From an uncultured delta proteobacterium (GTDB lineage: Bacteria; Desulfobacterota; Binatia; DP-6), in contig CAWFFN010000005.1 in NCBI GenBank assembly GCA_963815115.1, positions 864,001 through 928,000 on the forward strand: a stretch of DNA of 64,000 nucleotides, given 5' to 3'. Shown here piece after piece: positions 10,552 to 23,207 of this stretch; the stretch's first letter is position 1, and each line of letters begins with the position of its first letter. The notes under the pieces were generated by a model. That model had not been told where the DNA came from. It made no database searches and saw nothing but the letters and a program-made list of their open reading frames with translations. The position numbers were made by a program, and so were the translations under genes.

Positions 10552-12465
10552 ATGCCCATCCAGCGCAACGAAGTCGGCGCGCACGTCAGCGGCACGAACG
10601 TGGAGTTCGGCGTCTACTTGCCCGGGGTCACCGCGGCCGACGGATTCGACCTGAGGGTCCGGATCATTCACATGGCCGATCAGTTCGTGCCCGAGCTCCC
10701 CTCGGTGCCCCTGTCGCTCGCGTTCGATCCCACGCACCCGCTCGGCTTGTGGAGCCTGTCGGGGGGCGCCGCGGTCGACCTGGCGGCCGTGACCGCGCCG
10801 AGCGGTTCGCACTTCGGGCAGAACGGGCAGTATCTCTATCGCTACGAGCTGCTCCGCAACGACGCGGTGGTCACCAAGATCTTCCTCGATCCGTTCGCGG
10901 TCGAAAATGGACCTGGCCTGCTCGGAGTGTTCACGGTGGGGCCACAACCCGGCTTCTCCTGGACCGACACCGCCTACCAGACCCCGCCCCTCGACGAGCT
11001 CGTCATCTACGAGCTCAACGTGGCCGAGTTCTACGGCACCTTCGCGGGCACCATCGCGCGGCTCGACTACCTCGAAGGGCTGGGCGTGAATTGTCTGTCG
11101 CTGATGCCCATCACTCCCGTCAAACACGAGTTCGATTGGGGATACGGCCCGCTCGGATATCTTGCGCCGGAGGACTCCCTGGGAGGGCCGCTCGGGCTCA
11201 AGCAGCTGGTCGATGCTGCTCACGCGCGCAACATCGCCGTCGTGCTCGACGTCGTCTACGGCCACGCCGACCAGTCCTTCGCCTACAGCGTGGTCTACGA
11301 CGACATCAAGCGCTCGACGGGTCTACACGTCGCGAATCCCATGATGCAGGACCCGAACCAGGACGGCTTCGGCCGCGGATTCGATCACACGCTGGCGTTC
11401 GCACGCCAGTATTGCCTGGAGGCCAACAAGCATTGGCTGGAGGAGTACCACGTCGACGGCTTCCGCTACGACAACGTTCCGGGGTTCTACGATCGCAACC
11501 CCCTGGCCAAGTACGGGACCCTGGTGTTCGACACCTACGTCCACAGCCGCGGGATCGCCCGCTTCGAGGACACGGGGAACTTCAGCCGCATCATTCAGAT
11601 CGCGGAGGACCTGGACAACCCCAGGGACATCCTGCGCAACACGTTCAGCAGCGCTACCTGGCAGGACGGCCTGCTCGGCAAGGTCCGCAACATGGCGGAG
11701 AACGGCAACTACGTCGACGACGATTTCGTGCTCCGCCTCGACCCCGGGTTCGGCGCCGATCCGTTCCCCGATACCAAGGACGCATCACCCGCCGGGGACA
11801 GTCCATTCCCGGTCGCGCCGCTGCAGTACCTCAACTCGCACGACCACAGCTGGTTCATCACCAGCTTTGGGCTCGAACCGCCGCTCACGCCAGACGACAT
11901 CCGCTTCGGCGACCGCAGCCGCTTCTTCAAGATGCAACCCTATGCCATCGCGCTGCTTGCCAGCCGAGGCGTGCCGATGTTGTGGGAGGGCGAGGAGCTC
12001 GGCGAGAACTACGCCATCGCTGGCGCGGGCGCGCTGCGCATCTCGTTTCTTCGGGGCATGCACTGGGAGTACTTCTACGACGAGGACGGAAACCCGCTGG
12101 TACGCCTCTACCGCCGCATGGGTCAGCTGCGCCGCAAGCTGCCCGCGTTGCGCAGCCGCGATTTCTTCTACTTCAACGCGCAGTCGCGCCCCGGGCAGGG
12201 GCTGGTCGCGTTCGAGCGGAGATCGCCGGCGGTCCCGGGGCGCCCGGAACAGATCGCCCTCGTGTTGCTGAACTTCTCCGACAGCCCGGGCACGCTCACC
12301 GTGCCCGCGCCGCGGGCGGGGACCTACCGCGAGATGGTCGATCGCCTCAACCGCACCGCCGAGCTCGACGTGATCGCCGCGAGCGCCAGCGCTCCGCTTG
12401 CCCTCGGCGTGCCCTCCAACTACGGGCAGATCTTCGTCACCCCGCCGCCCGCAGCGGGGATCTGA
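10552..12465 (+). CDS. Alpha-amylase family GH13 enzyme (branching enzyme/trehalohydrolase-like)
   Basis: LVIYELNV, DWGYGP, LDVVYGH, DGFRYD (nucleophile), IAED (acid/base), YLNSHD. Confidence 0.88.
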   Translation: MPIQRNEVGAHVSGTNVEFGVYLPGVTAADGFDLRVRIIHMADQFVPELPSVPLSLAFDPTHPLGLWSLSGGAAVDLAAVTAPSGSHFGQNGQYLYRYELLRNDAVVTKIFLDPFAVENGPGLLGVFTVGPQPGFSWTDTAYQTPPLDELVIYELNVAEFYGTFAGTIARLDYLEGLGVNCLSLMPITPVKHEFDWGYGPLGYLAPEDSLGGPLGLKQLVDAAHARNIAVVLDVVYGHADQSFAYSVVYDDIKRSTGLHVANPMMQDPNQDGFGRGFDHTLAFARQYCLEANKHWLEEYHVDGFRYDNVPGFYDRNPLAKYGTLVFDTYVHSRGIARFEDTGNFSRIIQIAEDLDNPRDILRNTFSSATWQDGLLGKVRNMAENGNYVDDDFVLRLDPGFGADPFPDTKDASPAGDSPFPVAPLQYLNSHDHSWFITSFGLEPPLTPDDIRFGDRSRFFKMQPYAIALLASRGVPMLWEGEELGENYAIAGAGALRISFLRGMHWEYFYDEDGNPLVRLYRRMGQLRRKLPALRSRDFFYFNAQSRPGQGLVAFERRSPAVPGRPEQIALVLLNFSDSPGTLTVPAPRAGTYREMVDRLNRTAELDVIAASASAPLALGVPSNYGQIFVTPPPAAGI

Positions 12466-12469
12466 CCTC

Positions 12470-12483
12470 TCCTCCGCACCGCG
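12470..12483 (+). repeat. 14-bp direct repeat TCCTCCGCACCGCG, right copy, 4 bp after GH13 stop
   Basis: Identical to 10519-10532. Confidence 0.8.
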
Positions 12484-12606
12484 CTCGCTCGCGGCCGCTG
12501 GTGGCGCGTGACGCCGAACGGCCGCCTTCTCCGCCGACGGCATCGACCACGCCAGCCCGAGTGCCGCCTGCTTGCGCTGTGCGCCGCCGCCCGGCTCTAT
12601 GGCGCC

Positions 12607-13026
12607 ATGGCAGCCGAGGCGAACCCGCTCGAGGAAGGGACCGCTCTCCAGCTCGACTTCGAGAAGCTCCGCCGCATCGCGGAGCGCGATCAGCACGTGG
12701 TCCCGGTCGTCCTGCAGGACGCCGACTCGGGCGAGGTGCTCTTCGTCGGCTACGCCAACGCCGAGGCGTTGCGGGAGACCCTGCGCACCCGGCGGGCGGT
12801 CCTGTGGTCCACCTCGCGCGACGAGCTCTGGCGCAAGGGAGAGACCTCGGGTGACGTCCTCGACCTGGTCGACGTCTCGGTCAACTGCGAGCAGAACTCG
12901 CTCCTCTACCGGGTGCGGCGGCGTGCCGGCGGCGCCTGTCACACGCGCGACGCGAGCGGCCAGAGCCGCCGCGGCTGCTACTACCGCCGGCTGGTCGACT
13001 CGGGCGCGGCGCTCGAGTTCGTCTGA
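12607..13026 (+). CDS. hisI: Phosphoribosyl-AMP cyclohydrolase
   Basis: WSTSRDELWRKGETSG, VNCEQNSLLYRV, GACHT motifs. Confidence 0.9.
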   Translation: MAAEANPLEEGTALQLDFEKLRRIAERDQHVVPVVLQDADSGEVLFVGYANAEALRETLRTRRAVLWSTSRDELWRKGETSGDVLDLVDVSVNCEQNSLLYRVRRRAGGACHTRDASGQSRRGCYYRRLVDSGAALEFV

Positions 13027-14688
13027 GGCCTGGCGGGCGGCGCAGCGCCCTCGGCCAGCACCAGCGTGGCGCGTTCGACGTTGCCGATGCGTCCCGCGGC
13101 GCTCGCGAGGGGCGGCCCCACGAGCTCCGCGTTCCTGAGCGCCTGGTAGGCCGGCGCCAGGGCGATCACGCCGTCGCCGGGCCGGATGCGCTCGGGGCGT
13201 CGTTCCAGGCTCGGCAGCGGCCGACCCGCATAGACCACCACCGGCCGCACGGTCGGACCGTAGAACGCGAGGCGGCCCGGCGGAAAGCGCGCCGCGGCGG
13301 TGCGGGCGAACGAGGCGAGCGAGTCACTGCTGCTGGAGGCCGCGTCCATCGCCGGCTCCCCGGAGACGAGCCACACGACGCTCGCCGCGGTGACCAGGAC
13401 CACCAGGCCCGCCCAGGCACGGCAGGCGATGGCGACGGCCGCCATGCCGGCGACGATTCCCATCACCATGGCCGTCGCGCCGACGCCGCCGAGCGCCGTG
13501 ACGACCGCGTCACGGGTCAGCTGATCCGACTCGGAGAGCCACGTCGGATGCTCGACGAAGACGAGGACGGCGCCGGTGACGGCCAGCATGAAGGCGGCCG
13601 CGACCGCGGCCGAGACGCGGGTCACGCGCAGCGGCGTGAGCGGCGCCCGCAACAGCGCGATCAACAGCGGCGCCGTCAGGAGGGCCAGCGGCGGCACCGA
13701 CGGCAGCAGGTAGTAGCGGAGCTTCCACTCCGCCGGCGTGAACACCAGAACCGGCGCCACGGCCCAGCACAGGAGGAAGCGTGCGCGCGGATCGCGCAGG
13801 CCGCCGCGGCGCCAGAGCTGCCAGAGGGCGACGGCAACGAACGGCGTCCAGGGCCAGACGATTGCGGGAAGGTGCTGGGGGTAGAAGAGAAGATGATAGT
13901 ACCACGGCCGGCGCGAGTAGGCCTCGCCCGAGGCGAGGCCGCCGGCGAGGTTGCGCACGTAGCGTCCGACGAGATGCTCGTGGACGAAAAGGTCGCCCCA
14001 GCCGGCCCAGGCGAGCGCGTACCACCCCAGGCCGAGGACGGCGAACGCGACCACGCCGGCGGGCGTCAGAAACGACGTGAGACGGCGGAGCTGCCCCTGC
14101 CAGAGCAGGAAGAGGATCAGCGTGACGGCGAAGAGCGCCGGCGCCACCGGACCCTTGGCGAGCACCCCGAGGCCGACGAGCGCCAGCGCCATGGCGGCGC
14201 GACGGCGGTCGCCCTCGAGCGACCAGCGGTAGGCCTGGCCGAGCGCCAGGCAGAGCAGCAGGACGAGGAGCGCGTCGGGCCGGGCGACGCGCGCGTGGGC
14301 GAACACCGAACGGGTGGTGGCGAGCACGACGCCCGCCGCGAGCCCCGCGGGCGGCCCGAGAAGCCAGCTGCCGAACTCGACGGTCCACCAGACCATCCCG
14401 GCGGCCGCCAGGATGGAGGGTGCGCGGACCGCCGTCTCGGAGAATCCGCCGGCCGCGCAGGGAATCGCCGCCAGCCAGTGGTAGAGCGTCGGCTTGTCGG
14501 GAAGGAGCTCCTGGTTGAAGCGCGGCCACAGCCAGTGGCCGGCGACCATGTCCTGCACGATGCCCGCCTCCCGCGCCTCGTCGTCGCCGACGATGGCGAC
14601 GTTGCCGGTGCCGTGGAGCGCGAGCAGGACGTAGGCGAGCGCCAGCAGCACGCCCCGCGTTCGCGGCGACGCGAGTCGCCGCGCGAGA

Positions 14689-14705
<17 letters not shown>
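12981..14705 (-). CDS. ArnT/PMT-family (GT-C) membrane glycosyltransferase
   Basis: DDEARE...[29 protein letters not shown]; multiple TM helices. Confidence 0.85.
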
Positions 14706-17012
<2,307 letters not shown>

Positions 17013-17026
17013 CTAAATCCGGCGCG

Positions 17027-18361
17027 GTGCCGCGCCGCCTCCTGCTGCAACTCCTGGCCCTCTTGGCGGCCGGTGTCCCGCGCACGGCTGCGCCGGTGAC
17101 CCTTCCGGTCGAAGCGTTCAGCTTGCCGAACGGGCTGCGCGTGCTGGTGCACGAGGATCACTCGACGCCGGTGATCTCGTCCTACGTGTTCTTCCGCGCC
17201 GGCTCGCGCAACGAGCACTGCGGCGCCACCGGCATCGCGCATCTCTTCGAGCACATGATGTTCAACGGCGGGAAGAAGTACGGCCCCGGCATGTTCGACG
17301 ATCTCATCGAGGGGAACGGGGGCAACACCAACGGCTTCACCACGCGCGACTTCACCGCCTACCTGAACAACTTTCCTCGCGCCGCGCTCCCGCTCGTGCT
17401 CGACATCGAGGCCGACCGCATGTGGCATCTCGCGCTCACCCCGAAGAACCTCGAGCAGGAGCGCGGCATCGTGATGGAGGAGCGCCGGCTGCGCATCGAC
17501 AACGACGTCGACGGCACCATGAACGAGGAACTCTACCTGCAGGCCTACCAGCGCAGCCCGTACCGCTGGAACACGGTCGGCTTCATGGAGGATCTTCGCA
17601 ACATCACGCTGGAGCAGGCCAAGGCGTACTTCGAGACCTACTACGCGCCCGACAACGCGGTGCTGGTGCTCGCGGGTGACGTGACCTCCGAGGCCGCGAT
17701 GACCCTGGTACGCCGGATCTTCGGTCCCATTCCGCGCCGCCCGCCGCCGCCGCCCGTGGACGCGGAAGAGCCGGTGCAGGACGGGGAGCGTATCATCCGC
17801 GTGCGCAAGCAAGCCGAGCTGCCGGCCGTGCTGCTCGGCTATCACGGCGTGCGTGCGTTGGATGCCGACCGGGCCGCGCTCGACGTCGCGGCGCGCGTGC
17901 TCACCGGCGGCGAGAGCAGCCGGCTGACCCTCGACCTCGTGCGCACGCGCGAGGTGGCCACCTCCGTGGGCGCGGACCTCCAGTGGGGCATCGACCCCGA
18001 CCTGTTCCTGATCTACGCCAAGGCGAAGCCGGGGAAGACGGCGGACGATCTCCTCCACGGCATCGACGACGGCGTCGCCAGGCTCGGTAGCGATCCGGTG
18101 ACGCCGGAGGAGCTGTCCCGCGCCAAGCGGCAGCTCCGCATGGAGCTGGTGAAGGGGCTCAAGACCGACAGCGGGAAGGCGAACCAGCTGGGCTACTTCG
18201 AGGTGGTGTTCGGGGACTACCGCAAGCTGTTCGATCTGGAGGCGGCCTGGGACGCGGTCAGCGCGGCCGACGTGCAGCGCGTCGCCTCGACCTATCTCCG
18301 GCTCGAGAAGCGCACCACGGTCGTGCTCCAGCCGGTAGCGGCGGAGGGACACGCGCGATGA
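17027..18361 (+). CDS. M16 zinc peptidase, catalytic subunit, with signal peptide
   Basis: TGIAHLFEHMMF (HxxEH), NGFTTRD, ERGIVMEERR, YYAPDNA. Confidence 0.92.
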   Translation: MPRRLLLQLLALLAAGVPRTAAPVTLPVEAFSLPNGLRVLVHEDHSTPVISSYVFFRAGSRNEHCGATGIAHLFEHMMFNGGKKYGPGMFDDLIEGNGGNTNGFTTRDFTAYLNNFPRAALPLVLDIEADRMWHLALTPKNLEQERGIVMEERRLRIDNDVDGTMNEELYLQAYQRSPYRWNTVGFMEDLRNITLEQAKAYFETYYAPDNAVLVLAGDVTSEAAMTLVRRIFGPIPRRPPPPPVDAEEPVQDGERIIRVRKQAELPAVLLGYHGVRALDADRAALDVAARVLTGGESSRLTLDLVRTREVATSVGADLQWGIDPDLFLIYAKAKPGKTADDLLHGIDDGVARLGSDPVTPEELSRAKRQLRMELVKGLKTDSGKANQLGYFEVVFGDYRKLFDLEAAWDAVSAADVQRVASTYLRLEKRTTVVLQPVAAEGHAR

Positions 18362-19762
18362 CCCGCGGCGCGGCGCTCGCCCTCGCGCTGTTCCTCCCCC
18401 TCGTCGCACGCGCGGCGGAGCCGCTGAAGCTGCCGCCGGTGACGCGTCTCACGCTGGAGAACGGCCTCCGGGTCATCGTCGCCGAGACGCACGAGGTGCC
18501 GCTGGTCGAGTTCTACGTCATGGTCGGCGCCGGGGCAGCCCAGGATCCTGCCGGGAAGGCGGGGCTCGCGTCGCTCACGGCCGACGCGCTGACGAGGGGG
18601 GCGGGCAATCTCTCCGCCGAGGAGTTCGCGCGCTCGGTCGACTCTCTCGGCGCGACGCTCGATGCCGCCGCCGGGAGCGACGGCACGATCGTCGACGGGG
18701 AGTTCCTGCGCGACGACTTCGGCGCCGGGCTGGAGCTCCTGCGCGTCGTGCTGCGCGAGCCCACCTTCGCGCGCGACGAGGTGCGGCGCGGCCGTGATGC
18801 ACAGCTCGCCGCTCTCGTGGCGGCGCTCGAGAACCCATCGACGGTGGCCGAGAAGTGCTTCAGCGCCTTCCTCTACGGCAGCTACCCCTACGGGCGATGG
18901 CAGGACGGCAACGCGCGCAGCGTCACGAAGCTCAAACGGGGCGACGTGCGCGACTTCTACGGCCGCTGGTACCGTCCGAACAACACGATTCTCGCCGTCG
19001 TGGGCGACGTCACGGCGGACGACGCCGTGACCCGCATCCGCAATGCCTTCGGCTCCTGGGAAGCGCGGCCCGACGCGGTGCCCGAGCGGGCCGGTCCGCC
19101 GCCGGCCGGTCGGTGCCCGCCGCGTGCTCCTGGTCGACAAGCCGGATGCGAGCCAGGCCCAGATTCGCATCGGCGCGATGGCGATGCGGCGCAACGATTC
19201 GGAGCTGCTCCCCGCGCAGGTCGCCAACACCGTCCTCGGCGGCGGCTTCAGCTCGATCCTGGTGGACGAGCTGCGCATCAAGCGCAGCCTCACGTACGGC
19301 GCGTCGAGCGCCTTCGTGGCGCGCCTCACCGGGGGCGACTTCCGCATCAGCACGTTCTCGAAGAGTCCCACGGCCGTCCAGGCGCTGGCCCTGGCGCTCG
19401 AGGTCGCGGGCGGCTTCCGGCAGCGGCCGATCGATCCCAAGCTGCTCGCCAAGGCCAAGGCCTACCTCCAGGGTCAGTTCCCGCTCCGGCTGGAGACCCC
19501 GGAAGCGCTGGCGGCTCGGCTCGCGGAGATCGAGTTCTTCGGGCTGCCGCAGGACGACCTCGCGACCTACCAGGCGCGTGTCGCCGCGGTGACGCCAGCG
19601 ACCGCCGGCAGCGCGGCGGCGCGCTGGATGCCGGACCCGAGCGGGGTGGCGATCGTGATCGTGGGCAAGGCGGCGGAGATCCGCCCGGCGCTGGAATCGC
19701 GCTTCGACTCCGTGCGGGTGGTCACGCCACCGGGGTGCGACGCGCTGACGCCGACGCCGTAG
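18358..19762 (+). CDS. M16 peptidase non-catalytic partner subunit; frameshift near 19105
   Basis: LENGLRVIV, GLASLTA, WYRPNN, then LLVDKPDASQ, LGGGFSS in the next frame; no HxxEH. Confidence 0.85.
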
Positions 19763-19765
19763 CCC

Positions 19766-21610
19766 TCACCGAGCCATCGGCCCTGGAGCGACGATCCCCC
19801 CCGTCGGTTCCGCGACGGGCACGAAGACCGCCTCGGGGAACTCCCGTGCGAGGCGATCGCGCGCGGACGCGGGCATCCCGTCGTCGAGGACGACGAGGCG
19901 TCCCCCTCGCGCCAATGCTCGCTCGAGGCCCGCGTCCCGCACCGGCAGGCCCGGCCACACGTCGCCGTCCAGGTTGCGCTCCAGGTAGCGTCGCAGCTCG
20001 GGCACAGGGGCCGCGTTGTAGACCTGGACCCGCCCCGCGCCGAGGCCGCGCAGCATCGTGGCGAGGCGCCGCTCGGCAGCCACCCGCGGATCGGGTGCCA
20101 GCCAGCGAACCGCCGGATCGTTCGGCCAGCGGCCGTCGCCGAACTCCGCGCGCTCGCCGTAGACCGCCACGCGCAACCCGCGCTCCCGCGCCCGACCCAG
20201 CAGGTCGTCGCTCGGCAGCGCGAGGACCGCCGTCACCGGTGTCTGGAACATGGTCTCGATCGGGGGCGGGGAGTTGAAGACCACCCAGGGACCCTCGCCG
20301 AGACCGTCTGCCTCGCGCGCGAAGAACCGCACCTCCTCGGCCCACGGCTCCGCGCGCCAGCCCGCGAGCCAGGGTTGCTGAGCGGTGATCACCGCGTGGC
20401 CGAGGAAGGTCATGCAGACGACTACGGCCGCGGCCGCCATCAGGCGCCCCCTCGCCAGCCCGCGCGCCACGAACCAGCCGTACGCGCAGAAGACCACCGG
20501 GAGTGCGATCAGCACGTAGCCGTTCATCTTCGTCGCGGCGAGGGTGAACGCGGCATAGGTCAGCACGAGCCAGGCGACGAGGGGGAGCCAGTCGCGCCGG
20601 CGCGTCACGGCTTTCGCCACGAAGGCGCCGAGCACGAGCCACACGAGCGGGCCGTAGTCGAGTGGCAGGCGTGCCAGATGAAAGGTCCACGACCCTCCGT
20701 GTCCCTCCACCGGATGGAAGAGGCGCACGCCGCCTCGCGCGCTGGCGTCAGCGAAGGCGGCGGGGAACGCGTGCGCCGTGTACAGGGTCCAGGGCAGCGC
20801 CACGAGGATCCCGACCCCGAGGGCAACCGCGGGCGCGGCGAGGGCGGTCGCCGCCGAGACCCGGCGGCCGAGGAGGCAGAACCCGAAGAAGGCCGGGATC
20901 ACCAGCGCCGGCCATTCCTTGGTGAGCCAGGCCAGGCCGAGCACCACGCCCACCGCCAGCGTGCCGGCGCGGAACGCCCGCCGGCGTCGTGCCCCGGCCG
21001 CGGCTGCCGTCCAGGCCGCGACGCACGCACCGAGACCGACGAGTGCCCAGAGGATGGCGTCGACGTGATCCGTCGCCCGCAGACCACCGCCGACGAGGGC
21101 ACAGCGGCCGTGCCAGGCGTGAAAGGCGGCCGCCGCGAGCGACTCGGAGCGGTCGAGAAAGGCGCGGGCGAGCAGGTAGGTGCAGCCGACGGCGGCGGTG
21201 CCGAGCGCCAGGCTCGGCACGCGGAGCGCGAGCTCGCTCGGGCCGAGGACGCCCATCGCTGCGGCCATCAGCCAGAGGGCGAGCGGCGGCTTGTGGAGCC
21301 AGACGTGCGACTGCGTCCACCGGCCCGGGCCGACGTCGACCAGCGGCCGCTCGACGAGGGTCGGGAGGAGCGGATGCTCCATCAGGTGGCGCGCGACGAG
21401 GGCGTGGTAGCGCTCGTCCCATGCGCCCAGCCAGGCGTGCCAGGCGAGATTGGCGCGCAGGATCGCGGCGGTCAGGAGGACGAGCCCGAGCGCCAGTCCG
21501 GAGCGGCCGCGACGGGCGGCGGCGACCGCGCCCGCCGTCGCCGCCGCCGCGGACAGCACGCTCGCCCACCCGAGCCAGTCCATCAAGACCTCGGCCAGGG
21601 CCTCGGGCAC
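19766..21610 (-). CDS. ArnT/PMT-family membrane glycosyltransferase
   Basis: WDERYHALVA, VWLHKPPLALW, LAWLTK, ATKMNGY; start may be ATG 21583. Confidence 0.82.
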   Translation of the reverse strand: MPEALAEVLMDWLGWASVLSAAAATAGAVAAARRGRSGLALGLVLLTAAILRANLAWHAWLGAWDERYHALVARHLMEHPLLPTLVERPLVDVGPGRWTQSHVWLHKPPLALWLMAAAMGVLGPSELALRVPSLALGTAAVGCTYLLARAFLDRSESLAAAAFHAWHGRCALVGGGLRATDHVDAILWALVGLGACVAAWTAAAAGARRRRAFRAGTLAVGVVLGLAWLTKEWPALVIPAFFGFCLLGRRVSAATALAAPAVALGVGILVALPWTLYTAHAFPAAFADASARGGVRLFHPVEGHGGSWTFHLARLPLDYGPLVWLVLGAFVAKAVTRRRDWLPLVAWLVLTYAAFTLAATKMNGYVLIALPVVFCAYGWFVARGLARGRLMAAAAVVVCMTFLGHAVITAQQPWLAGWRAEPWAEEVRFFAREADGLGEGPWVVFNSPPPIETMFQTPVTAVLALPSDDLLGRARERGLRVAVYGERAEFGDGRWPNDPAVRWLAPDPRVAAERRLATMLRGLGAGRVQVYNAAPVPELRRYLERNLDGDVWPGLPVRDAGLERALARGGRLVVLDDGMPASARDRLAREFPEAVFVPVAEPTGGIVAPGPMAR

Positions 21611-21635
21611 GGCGTCGAGCGCTCGCCCGACGCGG

Positions 21636-23201
21636 TCAGTGGCCCGCCTCGGTCTCGACCGTGAGCCAGCGCGCGGCCAGCAGCCAGGCTGCCATCAGCG
21701 CGTACCCGGCCGCCCATGGCCACGCCGGGCGCAGCGCCATCGCGGTGTCGCCGGGGGTCCAGCGATAGGAGTGGATGAGACCCACGGCGGCGAGCGCCGC
21801 GGCGAGCCCGCACCAGGCCGCCGCGCGTTCGAATTGGCGCTCGATGATCGCCACGGTGGCGGCGGCGAGGATCATGGCGGTGAAGATGAACCCCTGCTCG
21901 AGAGCGAAGGCGCCGTCGATCCAGGTGTCGCTGGCGTGGAAGGCCGGGATCAGCGCGGGAGAGAACGGCGGTCCTCCCGGCATCCCGACCCCCGCCGCCC
22001 GCAGCCCGCTCTTCGCCATCAACGCGCCCCAGGCCCCGACCCCCGGCAGCAGCCCCAGGACGACGGCGGGCGCGTGTTCCCGCGGGGTCGCCTGGAAGGA
22101 CTGCGCCGTGATGACGATGCCGATCCACAGCACGATCGCCATGCCGGCGTCGATGGGCACCGCCCAGGCGATGTGCGATACCGTGCCGGTGAGGCAGACG
22201 ACCGTCGCGAAAACGGCGTTCAGGACCGAGTAGCCCGAGCGCGCGCCCATCGCCTTCCAGCCGGGATGGCCGATGTAGATGGTCGTCGGAAAGCAGGAGC
22301 CGAAGCAGGCGGCGGCGACGCTGCCGAGGCCGTTCATCGCGAGCGAGGGCGCGGTGGGATAGGCGTCGCCGGCGGCCTCCGCGCTCTCGATGTTCTGGAG
22401 CGAGCCGACGACGTTGAACAGACCCATCGGCAGGATCACCGAGAAGTAGGCGAGGAGGTGGTTGCTGCCGAGCCCGGCGAGGAGGTCGCCGAGCGCTGGC
22501 AGCGGCGCGTGCAGCGCGGCCGGCAGCGCCGGCGCCTCGCCCGGTGCGACGCCGGTGAGCCACGCCAGCGCCGTGCCCGCGCCGACCGCGACCAGGCCGC
22601 CCGGGAGCCCGCCGCGGATGCCGACGCGGCCGAAGTACGTGACCAGCACGATGGCGAGCGTCGCGAGGCCGACGACGGGGTGCGCGAAGGTCCGGAAGAA
22701 GAAGCCGAGCGAGATGAAGCCGAGCGCGATGCCCGCGAGCGTCGAGAGGAGCGCGGCGCGAGGCGTCGCCCGCCGGACCGCGTCCGCCGCGGGCGCCAGG
22801 ACGAGCTCGATGACGCCCGACGCGAGGCACGCCACCAGGCCGGCCTGCCAGGCGACGCGCGCGGGATCGGCCGCGCCCGCGGCTTCCGCGGCGAGCTTCG
22901 CGGGCAACATGATCAGGAACACGTGACCGAAGAGCGACACGGTGTTGATGCCGTAGGGCAGCGCGCAGACGTCGGTGCGCCCGGTGCGGGCCGCGAGCCG
23001 GCGCGCCTGCCAGGCATAGAAGAGATTCCCGACCACGAGCGACACGGCGGCGCCGGGCAGGATCCGGCCGTACAGCAGCGCGGACGGCATGCCGAGCACG
23101 ATCCGGCAGAGCGAGTCGATCAGGAGCAGCTGGACGAGGTTGTCGAGCGCGAGTCCGAAGAAGCCATCGATGTCGCCCCGGACCAGGAAGGGGAGCCGCA
23201 T
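21636..23201 (-). CDS. NCS2/AzgA-like nucleobase permease
   Basis: GDIDGFFGLALDN, ALPYGINT, TPRAALL, NIESAEAAGD, PTTIYIGHPGWK. Confidence 0.8.
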   Translation of the reverse strand: MRLPFLVRGDIDGFFGLALDNLVQLLLIDSLCRIVLGMPSALLYGRILPGAAVSLVVGNLFYAWQARRLAARTGRTDVCALPYGINTVSLFGHVFLIMLPAKLAAEAAGAADPARVAWQAGLVACLASGVIELVLAPAADAVRRATPRAALLSTLAGIALGFISLGFFFRTFAHPVVGLATLAIVLVTYFGRVGIRGGLPGGLVAVGAGTALAWLTGVAPGEAPALPAALHAPLPALGDLLAGLGSNHLLAYFSVILPMGLFNVVGSLQNIESAEAAGDAYPTAPSLAMNGLGSVAAACFGSCFPTTIYIGHPGWKAMGARSGYSVLNAVFATVVCLTGTVSHIAWAVPIDAGMAIVLWIGIVITAQSFQATPREHAPAVVLGLLPGVGAWGALMAKSGLRAAGVGMPGGPPFSPALIPAFHASDTWIDGAFALEQGFIFTAMILAAATVAIIERQFERAAAWCGLAAALAAVGLIHSYRWTPGDTAMALRPAWPWAAGYALMAAWLLAARWLTVETEAGH

Positions 23202-23207
23202 CGGCGG

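Noticed and set aside
19090-19120. Programmed frameshifting in M16, LLM or ecm genes
   Set aside because: No slippery heptamers or stimulatory structures; single extra bases in GC runs fit sequencing indels better.
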